A stretch of DNA of 64,000 bases from Octopus bimaculoides. Lineage: Eukaryota. The notes beneath the pieces were generated by a model, which worked only from the letters and a program-made list of their open reading frames with translations, did not search any database and had not been told where the DNA came from. Positions 53,175-64,000 of this stretch are shown one piece after another; position 1 is the stretch's first letter; each line of letters opens with the position of its first letter. The position numbers were made by a program, and so were the translations under genes. The stretch is from contig NC_068990.1 in assembly GCF_001194135.2 (NCBI RefSeq), positions 67,064,210-67,128,209 on the forward strand, in the 5' to 3' direction.

Positions 53175-53465
53175 GTATGCATATGTGTGTGTGTATGTGT
53201 GAATGTTTCTATGTCTTTACATCACATGATAGCTGTAAATGAATGTCACACTCATACTCATACAAGTGTTACTATTTGTCATATAATCTTCCCTTTAAAC
53301 ATGCTATGCCGAGCCATAAAGAAGTGTTACCTTGCTTGGAAATAAATGAGGGTTGAACAGGAAGTACATCTGGTTGCAAAAAAATCTGCCTCAAGAAATC
53401 CCATCCAACCCATGCAAGCATGGAAAAGTGGACATTGAAACAGTAATGATGATGATGATGACGAC
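52920..53465 (+). mobile_element. Composite SINE: A head + (TA/TG)n + C1 tail
   Basis: gcaccttgggcaagtg..microsatellite..aacccatgcaagcatggaaaagtggacatt..(GAT)n. Confidence 0.8.
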
Positions 53466-53549
53466 CAATATCAACATTGCTGCTATGAATGTTGATATCT
53501 TTACCAGTATTCAACATATTTCTGTTGTTAATAATGACTGGGGGCTTAT

Positions 53550-53762
53550 AAGGCAGTGAGCTGGCAGAATTGTTAGCTTGCTGGGCAAAATGTTTAGCGG
53601 CATTTCGTCCATCTTTACATTATGAGTTCAAATTTCACTGCGATCAACTTTACTTTTCATCCTTTTGTGGTCAATAAAATAAGTACCATTTGAGCGCTGA
53701 GGTTGAGGTAATTGAGTTACCCCTCGCTCGAAATTGCAGTCCTTGTGTTAAAATTTGAAATC
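53550..53762 (+). mobile_element. SINE family B
   Basis: aaggcagtgagctggcagaattgttagc...aaatttgaaatc. Confidence 0.9.
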
Positions 53763-54629
53763 AATAATGAGTGGAAGATTTTGTTGCTGAGAAATCTGTT
53801 TAGTCATGTAGATTTATGTTACAGAAGGTAACGAATCAACAGCTTCTGAATGAATTACTGTGTTATCGAGCTAATTATAACATGCTACTGCATACTCTAT
53901 CATTCAAATGTTTGATTACATGTAGTTGACTGTGCTGTATGGCAGCATGCACTGTATTAGTCTGGGGATATTCTATCTAATTTGCTGAACTGCCTCTTTT
54001 ACCAGACTATACTGATGACATTAATTTGGTCGATGCTGTTGGTAAAGAAGTGTTATGTGTCGTCACATAAGTAGTTAAAGACATTTTAATAACCATGTTG
54101 TCAGTTAAGAAAAAGTAATATCAGTGAAAATTTCAAACTAATATACCAAACTAATGTGTTCTCTAAATAACATCATGATACACAATTAACTTGCACATCA
54201 TATCTCTACTTTCACAAACATGTTTTTTGCTTCCAAACTTTCTTCAACTTTTCTTCAAATGGGAAGTCTAGACTAATATGTTTCCTTCTAAAATATTTAT
54301 TATAGGAAATCAAGAACCAACATACAAGTAATTCACACATGATGCCTCTCATTTGCATTAACATTTTCTGGAAAAGAAACAGAACAAAAAAATTTTCTTT
54401 CTTTAAAATTACTTTAGCTTTTCTTTATATATTTTTGAATTTACTTCCAGTAGAAATTCATTTATTTTTATTTTTTAACACTATTTTCTTTGCTGTTGAG
54501 GACTGAGTTATGACTCAGCAAATTTACTTATTTTAGAGGAAGCTTTCATCACAAGAGCTTCCATTCATTCATTCATTCATTCATTTTGTGTCTTTCTTTT
54601 CATTAAAAGCACGGCTTAGAAGCATATAT

Positions 54630-54880
54630 TATTGAAGCATTGTTATACCACCATGCCTTTCCTGTCACCAACTCTCTTCACCAGTTTCAAAACAAGCCAT
54701 CACCAGACACAAAGATACACCAACATACATGCACAATGCACACCCTTTCTGTTTCCATCCACCAAATCTACAATGCCTGGCATTAAAAAAGAAGATACTT
54801 GCATAAGGTGCCACGCAGTGAAACTGAAACAAAGCCCAGGTAATTGGAAAGTAATCTTCTTAACGATACAGCCATGACTT
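54630..54880 (-). mobile_element. SINE A head with partial C1 tail
   Basis: acttgcataaggtgccacgcagtgaaactgaa..atacagccatg. Confidence 0.7.
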
Positions 54881-54886
54881 TATATA

Positions 54887-54888
<2 letters not shown>

Positions 54889-54972
<84 letters not shown>
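54889..54972. repeat. (TA)n microsatellite
   Basis: Perfect run. Confidence 0.98.
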
Positions 54973-54975
<3 letters not shown>

Positions 54976-55351
54976 TTATGTTGGACACACTGGTACATAA
55001 GGAACTATAAGTTGAGATGCACAAATGTGCACAAAAATATGTAAATATGCAGTATACGATATACAAATTTATACGTTTATACGGTAACATTCATGTAAAT
55101 TATGTGTAGACACACGCATACATACTCACTCAATCACTCATATATTCATATATTTATGTATGAAACATACTGTCTTACACACAAAGATTAATGCAAGCAT
55201 AAAGTATACATTACAGACACACACTAGCTCTTGCCTATTTATGTATTTTTATATCTCTATCTATCTGTCTATCTATCTATTTATACATACATATGCACGT
55301 TCATGTATGTGTATAAGAGAGAATATAAATATATGTATGAATAAGTATGAA

Positions 55352-55385
<34 letters not shown>

Positions 55386-55399
55386 TGTGTGCATATGAC

Positions 55400-55431
<32 letters not shown>

Positions 55432-56146
55432 TTATATATATACTTTCAAACAAGGAATTAAAAATAATTTTCTATGGTTGAATATCTTATCGTTATAATC
55501 TAAAAAGAAATACAAAATAAATAAATAAACAAATAGATAACTAAAATAAAAATGCAAATGTATGATAAATATCAGGAACCAGTTAGAAATATAATAGAAT
55601 TAAGTTGTTGTGTGGCAAAGATATTATCTTTTATAACATTTTAGCGAAGAAGCGTTTATCCAATGCTGCTCTGTTGCAATTCATTGTTTGCTAAACAATA
55701 TATGCGAATAGAAATGAAGCAGCTGTACATAGTTATGTTAGTAAAGTACAGTGAAAGCTATGTGTGATCATACAATGCAGATATATATACATGTAGGTGT
55801 ACAAATGCACACACAAACACACACACATTCATTATTATTCTCACTTTCACCATCATCATCATTACCATATGAATGTTTCATTTCCCTTGCTGTTCTGGTT
55901 TGCATAGACCTACAATAACAAATTATTATATTCATCTCAACACTACCCACTCCTTTTCATCTCATCTGAACAGACAATAATACACAGGTTTACTATTTCA
56001 TCACTATTTCATTTCAGTTTTCATTTGAGACGTACCTCTATCATGTTTGGTCTCCATAATCTACTGGAAGCTTTTTTTCTTTTTAGCCCAATATGCATAA
56101 TCCATTCCCTACAGATCCTGGCACTCTCTCCTATAGACATACCATT

Positions 56147-56400
56147 GTCATCATTTAATGTCTGTCTTTCATGCTGACATAGGTTAGATGGTTCAACAGA
56201 ATATGACAAGCCAGATGATTGTGTTGAGTTCTGTTGAAAGCTTTGGCATAGATTCTACAGTTGGACACCCTTACTAACACAAGTCATTGGGTGCTTTTCC
56301 CAAGAAAGCAATATCAGTGAGGTTACCAAATAACTCGCAAAAGACCTCTTGAATGAATGGCATGCAGTATTGATTGAGGTGGCTTTGTGCCAAGTGCGCA
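56147..56400 (-). mobile_element. SINE C2
   Basis: tttaatgtctgtctttcatgctgacataggtt..gaggtggctttgtgccaag. Confidence 0.7.
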
Positions 56401-56451
56401 TATGTGTATAAAAATACACATATATATGACTATGTGTGTATATTTTTATGC

Positions 56452-56684
56452 GTGCAAGGATTATGACAGCATTTACCAACTTAAACAAGGAGAACATCCA
56501 GAAGAGCTGCAGAAGATTCCGAAGTTGTCTGGTTGAAGTCAATGGCGATTTTATTGAATAAATTTACCCTTTAGTATTTTAAGATATTTTAAAGTAATTT
56601 TGGTAAATATATCAACTACGTGAGATGTCAGTGATTTTTTTCATTTTGGCATAATTTGGATAACAGTTTATTCACCTCATCCTG
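56452..56684 (+). mobile_element. Tc1/mariner-superfamily 3' end (C-terminus resembles DD37D maT-type)
   Basis: ARIMTAFTNLNKENIQKSCRRFRSCLVEVNGDFIE*, then a putative right end ttcacctcatcctg next to (TA)n. Confidence 0.6.
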
Positions 56685-56704
56685 CATATATATATATATA
56701 TATA

Positions 56705-57002
56705 CAGTGGTGGACTGGGTCTAAAAATATTTGTTGCCAGGAGACTAAAGGGGCCCACTTGCAACTACAATGCTATCATTTAATTTTTTTTTTTTTTTTT
56801 TGCTAAAAAATATTCTTTTCAACTGTCTACAAATACAACCAGGCTGAAATTATTAACGCATTCTCCAGGAGTGAATAAAAAATTCTCAGACTTGAGGGGA
56901 TAAGCCCCTTAGATACTAACATGGGCCCATATATATCGATTGTAATGGCACAGGGACACACTTGCCATTGGGCAAGCTGGCAACCTGGTCAGTCTACTAC
57001 TG
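56705..57002. mobile_element. hAT-like MITE
   Basis: TIRs cagtggtggactg / cagtctactactg (11/13 match); flanks tatatata vs tgtatgta could be a decayed 8-bp TSD. Confidence 0.6.
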
Positions 57003-57004
57003 TG

Positions 57005-57499
57005 TATGTATCTGTGAGACCCCCTTCGAAAGTTGTCTTTGTCTATGTACGTAGTGTGTGTTAATGTGTGTTGCATGTGCATGTATATATAGCCTGTGTT
57101 CAGGTATTATGTGCTTGTGTGAGTGTGAGAGTGTGCATGATGGTGTGTAGTGTGTGTACTGATATAAACAGTGTGTGTTGCTGCTCATAAAGTGGTATGT
57201 GTGGTGACGCTTTTGAAGAATGTGTGTGGGTGTGTAGATGATGGTGTGTGGTGTCGGTGCTGGGAAGTAGTCAGTGCTAGTATATGCGGAATAGTTTGGG
57301 GTAGTATCAATGAAGAAAGGAGGGGAGTTGAGCCCATGTGGCACCAAGGAGCGAAGAGAGAAGATTAATTCCTGTTCACGGTGAAGGCGGGAGTCCAGAT
57401 GGCCCCCATTCATAGACAGTCCGAACATAGATAGATGATGTAGTGAATGAACGGTAGAGTGGAAATGGTGTGAAACCAGGGTGTCAATGCTGAATCTGA

Positions 57500-57503
<4 letters not shown>
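57005..57503 (-). mobile_element. Penelope-like element, GIY-YIG C-terminus plus 3' tail
   Basis: DIRFSIDTLVSHHFHSTVHSLHHLSMFGL..SRLHREQELIFSLRSLVPHGLNSPPFFI (57503-57309). Confidence 0.75.
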
Positions 57504-57548
<45 letters not shown>

Positions 57549-57549
57549 G

Positions 57550-57790
57550 CACCATTTTGAGCGTGGCCGTTGCCAGTACCACCTGACTGGCCTTCGTGTG
57601 GGTGACACGTAAAAGCACCCACTACACTCTCTGAGTGGTTGGCATTAGGAAGGGCATTCAACTGTAGAAACTCTGCCAAATCAGATTGGAGCCTGGTGTA
57701 GCCATCTGGTTTCACCAGTCCTCAGTCAAATCGTCCAACCCATGCTAGCATGGAAAGCGAACATTAAACGATGATGATGATGAGGATGAT
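57550..57790 (+). mobile_element. Young SINE C2
   Basis: CpG-retaining; ends cgtccaacccatgctagcatggaaagcgaacattaaacgatgatgatg. Confidence 0.85.
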
Positions 57791-57869
57791 GTATGTATGT
57801 ATGTATTTGGTCTGATTGTATGCGTGTGCATGTATGTATATTTGAAAGTGTAAAAGTATTTAAAAATGA

Positions 57870-58390
57870 GAAAAGTTATTGAAGCAGATTGGCACAGTCC
57901 TGATGATTATGATATGATGAAAACTGTTAATGCCTTCAGCTGTCACGTTGACTTTTCTAACAGTCGTGTGGTATGTTAATGATAGTTATCTACAATGTTA
58001 ATGTCATAGCAACTTTATTTGATAATGATGAATCTCGCTGTTTATTTCAGATTTAGTTCCAGATTGAAAATCGTTATAAAATGTTTCTGTTCTGTTATTT
58101 TGAATAAGAAGTATACATTCTCTTGTTTTTTAAAATGTCAAGATGTTCACTACATGAGTATTCCTAACGGCTGGATCCCCGATTTGCTGTTGATGTACTG
58201 AGATTCAATTCATTAATTTTGTCCTTGCCTGATTACTATATTTCTCATTGCATTGCAGGCATGTAATGCAATGAATTAAATTTTTTGATTTGCTGTTCGT
58301 ATTTGCATTAACTTTGAGCTCAGTTTCATTCTTGAATTTTATAATTTCATTGTGTTCGATAAAATCAATTCCATTGAGTGAAAGCAACTC
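57870..58390 (-). mobile_element. Penelope-like element, inverted copy (GIY-YIG + tail)
   Basis: NSKSKNLIHCITCLQCNEKYSNQ..VHQQQIGDP..KHFITIFNLELN*. Confidence 0.8.
57893..57970 (+). ncRNA. Type I hammerhead-ribozyme-like motif (probably degenerate), PLE-associated
   Basis: CUGAUGA 57900-06; stem II UUAU/AUGA; GAAAA 57919-23; stem III CUGUUA/UAACAG; GUC triplet 57963-65; bulged stem I CACA..C/GUGUG. Confidence 0.55.
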
Positions 58391-58429
58391 TCGTTTTTGG
58401 AAATGCCTTTATTTAAGGAAGCTGAAATC

Positions 58430-59125
58430 ATTATGCCTTATCTCCACTGTAAAGAAATGGATACACTCCAGTACTTAGATTTTAGATCTTGCCATCCATC
58501 CCATACAAAATGAAATATTCCATTTAATATTGTAATCAGTTATATTAGCTTCTGCAAAATAATATTTTCTGGGATCCTACTCCTGTCATCAAATCTGAAT
58601 GAAATTATTAAAAAGTCATAGATTATTAACTGTTAGAAATAACCATCTAATCTTAAAAGACTCTTAAAGAAATGTCAGATTTACATTGGAATAAATTATG
58701 CAAGTAACAAAATGTGAAAAACCTCATTGTTGGACATTTCCTTTTACTGAATGCAGTGAAATTATAAAATTCGAAAAAATGGAAAGGAGTTCAAAGTTAA
58801 TGCAAATATGAATTGCAAATCAAAAAATTTAAGTTACCACATTGCATTCCAGTAATGCAACAAGAACTATACATAATGGGCTGAGACAGGGCACATCGAC
58901 AATGGATCATGGATGCATCTCCATCTCTTAACAAAACTCCAAGTAGTGAACCTCATGACATTTGTGCAATTGAAAGATTTTTGAATATTTCCACTTAAAA
59001 AAAAAAAAAGTTATGACAAACAATTGCAGAAGGCAAAAGAACATTTTATAAAGGCTTTTTAATACAAATTGAAACTGAAAGTAAATACTAATAATTACCG
59101 ATAATAAAGATGTAGATAACAATAT
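58430..59125 (+). mobile_element. Penelope-like element (RT thumb + GIY-YIG), degenerate
   Basis: DTLQYLDFRSCHPSHTK*NIPF, then FKVNANMNCKSKNLSYHI..EHFIKAFNT. Confidence 0.8.
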
Positions 59126-59132
59126 GATTTCA

Positions 59133-59165
<33 letters not shown>

Positions 59166-59181
59166 GTAGTAGAAGTAATAA

Positions 59182-59339
59182 TCCTTTCTAGTATAGATGC
59201 AAAGCTGGAAATTTTAACAGCCTTGAAAGGATGAAAAGCAAAGGCAACCTCAGCAGAATTTGAACTCAGTACAAAGTCAGAAGAAATGCTACTAAGCATT
59301 TTGTCCAGAGTGATAATGAATCTGCCATCTCACTGCCCT
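59182..59339 (-). mobile_element. SINE B, internally deleted
   Basis: ttgaaaggatgaaaagcaaaggcaacctcagcagaatttgaactcag..ctcactgcc. Confidence 0.8.
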
Positions 59340-59364
59340 ATTTAATTATAATGATAATAATATA

Positions 59365-60005
59365 TAGTGGGAAATCTTCATAAAAGACCAATGTGGCAAG
59401 AAAAAATTGAGAAACAAATTGATGCTCTTTGATCTAATACAGAAACACTAAATATCTTGAGCAATAATCATAATATTTTTATATGAGAAAGTATGATGTT
59501 AAATTTTGAACACCAGTAAGCTGAAATAATGAAGAAGATAAAACAAAAAGTGCGGGCCAAATCTGTGCACATACACTGCTTTGGAAAATGATCTAAGTTC
59601 TTCAAAGATGACAGCATGTTTAAAAATAACCCAAAGAAATTCTATAGATACATTAGAAGAGGACCATCAAAATAGAAGTCCTCTCAGAACAGGAGACATT
59701 CGAATTCTGGAGTAAAGTTTGAGAAAATGTAAAAGAGCACAGTCATGATACGTCATGGATTAATAGACAAAAACAAGACACTGAGCTTATGGAAGAACAA
59801 ATATGGAAAAAAAAAAATAAGTGTAGAGGATGTCAGACTTACTCTGAAAATCCAGTAAATGGAAGTCACATGGTAAGGATAAGATCTCAAACTATTGGTT
59901 TCATGTGTTTACAAACTCACACAGAAAACTAACTTTCACTCAGAACATAATTATGAAGAAACCACAAATGACCACAGAATGGTTGGCCAATGATATTACA
60001 TTTTT
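59365..60005 (+). mobile_element. R4/Dong-like LINE, pre-RT region
   Basis: FKNNPKKFYR..FWSKV..WI..KWKSHGKDKISNYW..EWLANDITFL, with frameshifts. Confidence 0.8.
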
Positions 60006-60648
60006 GCATTTAGAGTGGAGTAAAAACCTACAAAATTGGTCCCTAGAGCAGTGGAAGAATGTTATTTTCTCGGGCAAATCATCCTTTACCTTATTTCTGA
60101 TCATCGGCCAAGTATACATGTGGAGACAGCCAAAAGAAGCATTTGACCCAGACTGCCTTCTTCTAACTGTTAAACATGGAGGAGGATCTGTGATGATCTG
60201 GGGAGGGAGGGGCTATATCTTGGAAATCTGCCGGCCCAATGGTTTCCCTTCATGGCAAAATTTATAATCAAGACTATTTAAGAATTTTATCTGATCAAAT
60301 TAAATTCTATGGTTGCAGAACTGTTTCCGGAGGGAAACGCAATCTTTCAGGATGATAATGCATCAATTCACACAGCTAAAATTGTTATTGAATGGCATGA
60401 GGCACATTCTAATGAAGTTGAACATCTTATCTGGCCACCACAGTCCCCAGATCTCAATGTTATTGAACATTTATGGTGCATTTTATAAAAACAAGTAAGG
60501 AGTTGATATCTTCCACCATCATCACTACAAGAACTGGAGATTGTTTTAGCCGAAGAATGGACAAAAATTCCTTTGGAAACAATTCGAACTTTATATGAGT
60601 CCATACCTCATAGAATTCAAGTTGTAATTACTTCCAAAGGCAACCCCT
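60006..60648 (+). mobile_element. Tc1-family transposase catalytic domain (DD36E spacing), no TIRs seen
   Basis: EQWKNVIFSGKSSF, VKHGGGSVMIWG, FQDDNASIH, WPPQSPDLNVIEHLW, LYESIPHRIQVVITSKG. Confidence 0.92.
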
Positions 60649-61412
60649 GTATGTACCATCCAAAAACATACATAGGCCGATTTATACCTTCCAAATTGCA
60701 ACCATGGGGCCTCCTGCTTATCTGAAGCATGCAAAAATATCAGGATGTTAAAGCTGGTTCTAAAACATGAAGATATCAAAAATTTGCACTCAGAGATGAA
60801 ACATATAGAAATATACCTTTGAGAAATGCTGCTAGAAGAACCAGTATCCAAAGATAGTGTTTTCCAAATTGACATAGCAAAACAAATAAAAAATATAGCC
60901 AAACAAAGTAGCCCCCAGAGAGTAAAACCCACTACATGGCAAATACCTGAGGAGAGCTAGGGACCTAGATATAGACCAAACCCTTACCCATCAATGGCTG
61001 ACATGCTGTCATCTCAAACCAGAAACTGAGGGGTATATCATTGCTGCTCAAGATCAGTTGCTTCCAACTAGGGATTACTAGAGTAGTGTTCTGAAACATG
61101 AAAACAGCCATTGTGCTGTGTATGTAGAAAACATCCAGAGGCCATTGACAGCATAATCTTTGGATGCAACCAACTAGCACCAACATAGTACTTGCAAAGT
61201 AGAAAGAGAATTAGTGGGAACACAAACTGACACAAGTTCTGCAGAACACTGAGGTTATCATCCTTTAGAATTTCAGTGTTGAGACTGATTGGAAAATACT
61301 GGCTAACTGATCAGATATCATTGTGGAAAATAATACTGAAAAGACTTGTCTCTCAGCTGACATAAACACATCTATAGAAATATTTGAAAAACTGAGCAAA
61401 TATAAGAAAAAT
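60649..61412 (+). mobile_element. R4/Dong-like LINE, post-RT + CCHC + RLE remnant
   Basis: MYHPK..KPLHGKY..HQWL..LKPETEGYIIAAQDQLLPTR..IDSIIFGC..LA..SDII..KTC..FEKLSKYK. Confidence 0.85.
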
Positions 61413-61419
61413 ATAAGAG

Positions 61420-62190
61420 GATCAAATGGACTCAGGAAGAGTTTAAAGAAGTAATATATGTTTAATACCATGCATTAAGTAGGCCATCTCAAGAGAGACA
61501 CACGACAAATCTTTATAAAATATGTAGAACATAAAATCAAGAAAGCAAACTCTATTTGGATGAAAACAAGTTTGCAAACGTTAGGAGGGACTTCTTCAGA
61601 AATAATAGACTCACAGATACTGAACTAATCAAGCATGCAATGAAATATTACCTAAATATAAGACAGAAGGGAAATGAAGAATCAGATGAAGAGAGTGACC
61701 AGCAAAGAGTCTCAAGGAAACGATTTTTATAAGCAAAATAAGCTGTTCACATTCAATGCCAAAACATTTTACAGAGTAATAGGCAAGGAGAAAACAACCT
61801 TTGAAGCCCTTCCTCTCACAGAAGAATCTGAAAACTTTTGGAAAAAGATTTCAATTGATGAGAAGCAAACAACGAAAGCACAGATTAGATGCACAGAATG
61901 ATCTTGCCAAATTTTACAAGAACAAGCATAGGAATACATCTTAATAGCAGACCTAAGGATGATACTCATGAAGGTTCATAAGTGGAAATCGCCCTGTAAA
62001 GATAGGGTACCAAATTTCTGGCTTACATCACTCTTTTGTAAACATAAAAAGTTAGTCCAGCTGTTCAATGAAATTATGAGAGATCCTGAGAAAACAATTG
62101 ACTGTTATTAATTAATTACTTACAATGAATAATGAAACCAAAGTTTTAAAAAGTCTATCAGCCCATAACCTGTTTATTCACCACTTATAA
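61420..62190 (+). mobile_element. R4/Dong-like LINE, N-terminal to early RT, internally deleted
   Basis: KWTQEEFKEV..LDENKFANVRRD; NKLFTFNAKTFYR..ENFWKKI; HKWKSPCKDRVPNFWL; YQPITCL. Confidence 0.85.
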
Positions 62191-63374
62191 GAAAGACGGC
62201 TTTATAGTAGGAGGTAAGGGGTTAAATTATGAGAGTAGGGTAGGTTTCTTAAAGTAGAGGAGCCACATGGGTACTCGCATGTTGAAAATCTTCTTCCAAC
62301 CTATGCAAACATGGAAAAGTGGATGGTAAAACAATGATGATATATATATACACTATCATGTGTGTGTGTGTGTGTGTGTGTGTTTTGGTTCTGGTATGCA
62401 AATGACAGGAGAATATTTAAATTAGATAATTATTATTCGTTTTATATGACTGTTGACATAACATCAGTTCTATTCATTCTCTTCTCATTTAATTTCAATA
62501 TATTTTCTTTATTGTTTCATATTCTTTAAAACATAAATGGATACAACTAATAATTTTTGAAAAATTTAACTAAATTAATATCCATTAATATAATATTCAA
62601 TAATATTATTTGGTTATTAATATTTAAATTAATGCCTCTGACATTGATTTAATGAATCTTAAAACAGTTCTCATTTGAGCATCTAATATATATATATATA
62701 TAAATATGTGAAAGAAGCCTAATTGGATCTCTAAAATAATTAGTTTGATACTTGTTAAAGATTTTGTTTTGAACTGTAACAGAAAATGAAAAAATCAAAT
62801 GAAGATTTTTCTCACAAATTCTGTAATTAGTTCCTCACTAAAATATAAACACGAAATTTAAACACTGAAGGTAGAATCTGCATAGAAAATGTTCAATGAT
62901 TAGAAATAACAAAATTTTTTACTGTTAATATTTTCAACTTTTTTTAATAAAAAATATGTTGATTTCCTCAATGGTTTATTTATTAATGCATATAAATGAC
63001 AAATATACATATATTTTAATATAAATAGCAGAAAAACATGAGTAGAACTGCTGCAATGCTTAAGCACGAAACAAGTAGATTTATAAAATATATTTTTCTT
63101 TTCCTGTAATTTCTGAGCTGAAATTGCAACATTTTCCCTATTCCTATCTCCAGATCAAAATGATATACACCAGTAGTCAAAAATCAACAATTCTCTGGAT
63201 AATGTCCCCTCCAATGAACTTCCTTAACTTTAAGGAAGACAAGTCAAATTGTTTGTAGATATTCATTAGCAATTTGAACACTATATTGAAATACTGTTTA
63301 AATAAGGTTTCATGGAATCTAGATCAACTTTGATCTTCATGTATAGACTTTATATTTTTAAAACTGCATAGTTC

Positions 63375-63620
63375 ATCATCATCATCAATGTTTTAATGTT
63401 CACTTTTCTCTTGTTTGCATGGGTAGGATGGATATTATTAAGGTAGATTTATTATGGTCAGGTGCTTGTCCTGTTGACCACTCTTCACCTCTCTTCAAGC
63501 AAGATAACAGTTCCCCCATGACCAGATATGTTTTTGCAGAATAATATTTGAAATGAATGTCATTGCTTGAATGACATTAACATGCATTTACAACTCTCAT
63601 GTGATGTGAAGACAAGGAGA
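63375..63620 (-). mobile_element. SINE C1 tail
   Basis: (CAT)n..ttttctcttgtttgcatgggtagg..ttcccccatgaccagatatg. Confidence 0.75.
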
Positions 63621-63669
63621 CACCAATTCACATACATATGTTCACATATGTGTGTGTATGTCTGTGTAA

Positions 63670-64000
63670 AACGAGGCTTCCATCAGTGTCTCGAGGAGAG
63701 AAAGACGGATTGCAAAGATTCGAGAAGAGAAGAAAAAACTCAGAACCAGATGGAAGGATGCAAAGGAGGAGGAAAGCGAAGGGCTAAAGCAGCTATATGA
63801 AGAGATAAAAAAGAGGCATCGAGAACTACTGAGAAAAGAAAGGAGGAAGAACAGAAGAAAGGAGAGAGAAAAGAACTATCGTAGCTTTGTGAACAATCCC
63901 TATCAATATGCGAAACATTTATTTACTGAAAGTAAAAGCGGAAAATTGGATTGCACGAAAGAAGAGCTCGAACAACATCTTAAAGAGACGTACAGCGACT
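63670..64000 (+). mobile_element. Hero-clade non-LTR retrotransposon ORF, 5'-truncated, runs off the window
   Basis: Uninterrupted 110 codons: SRRERRIAKIREEKKKLRTRWKDA..EGLKQLY..FVNNPYQYAKHLF..KSGKLDCTKEELEQHLKETYSD; CpG-rich. Confidence 0.7.

Noticed and set aside
57012-57045. CTGTGA..GAAA as a second hammerhead
   Set aside because: The core lacks a conserved A, and no stem III, stem I or NUH site could be built
56997-57608. Longest clean ORF (203 aa) as a host gene
   Set aside because: A chance fusion of SINE C2, (TA)n, a PLE GIY-YIG C-terminus and the PLE tail

Overview
Eukaryotic, strongly AT-rich, microsatellite-dense DNA with two 396-N assembly gaps. The repeat families look like those of an octopus or other coleoid cephalopod; this is inferred from SINE motifs, not from a search. 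I found no host protein-coding gene I can name, and no rRNA, true tRNA or CRISPR array. Most ORFs in the track come from microsatellites, gaps or SINEs, and the window reads as intron or intergenic sequence. It contains (i) dozens of tRNA-derived or RTE-tailed SINEs (my labels A-D); (ii) fragments of R4/Dong-like, RTE, CR1-like and Hero non-LTR retrotransposons; (iii) three different Penelope-like (GIY-YIG) remnants; (iv) Tc1/mariner, piggyBac-, hAT- and Helentron-like non-autonomous elements; and (v) an ~0.9-kb foldback element. The most interesting items are a type I hammerhead-ribozyme-like fold beside an inverted Penelope pair (57.9 kb), a DD36E Tc1 catalytic core sitting where an R4 LINE's RT core should be (60.0-60.65 kb), the foldback with tandem ETS-like motifs (34.1-35.0 kb), a modular SINE whose microsatellite hinge collects other transposons, and a weak chain of phase-compatible candidate micro-exons. 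Repeat boundaries are approximate (about +/-20 nt) unless termini are quoted.
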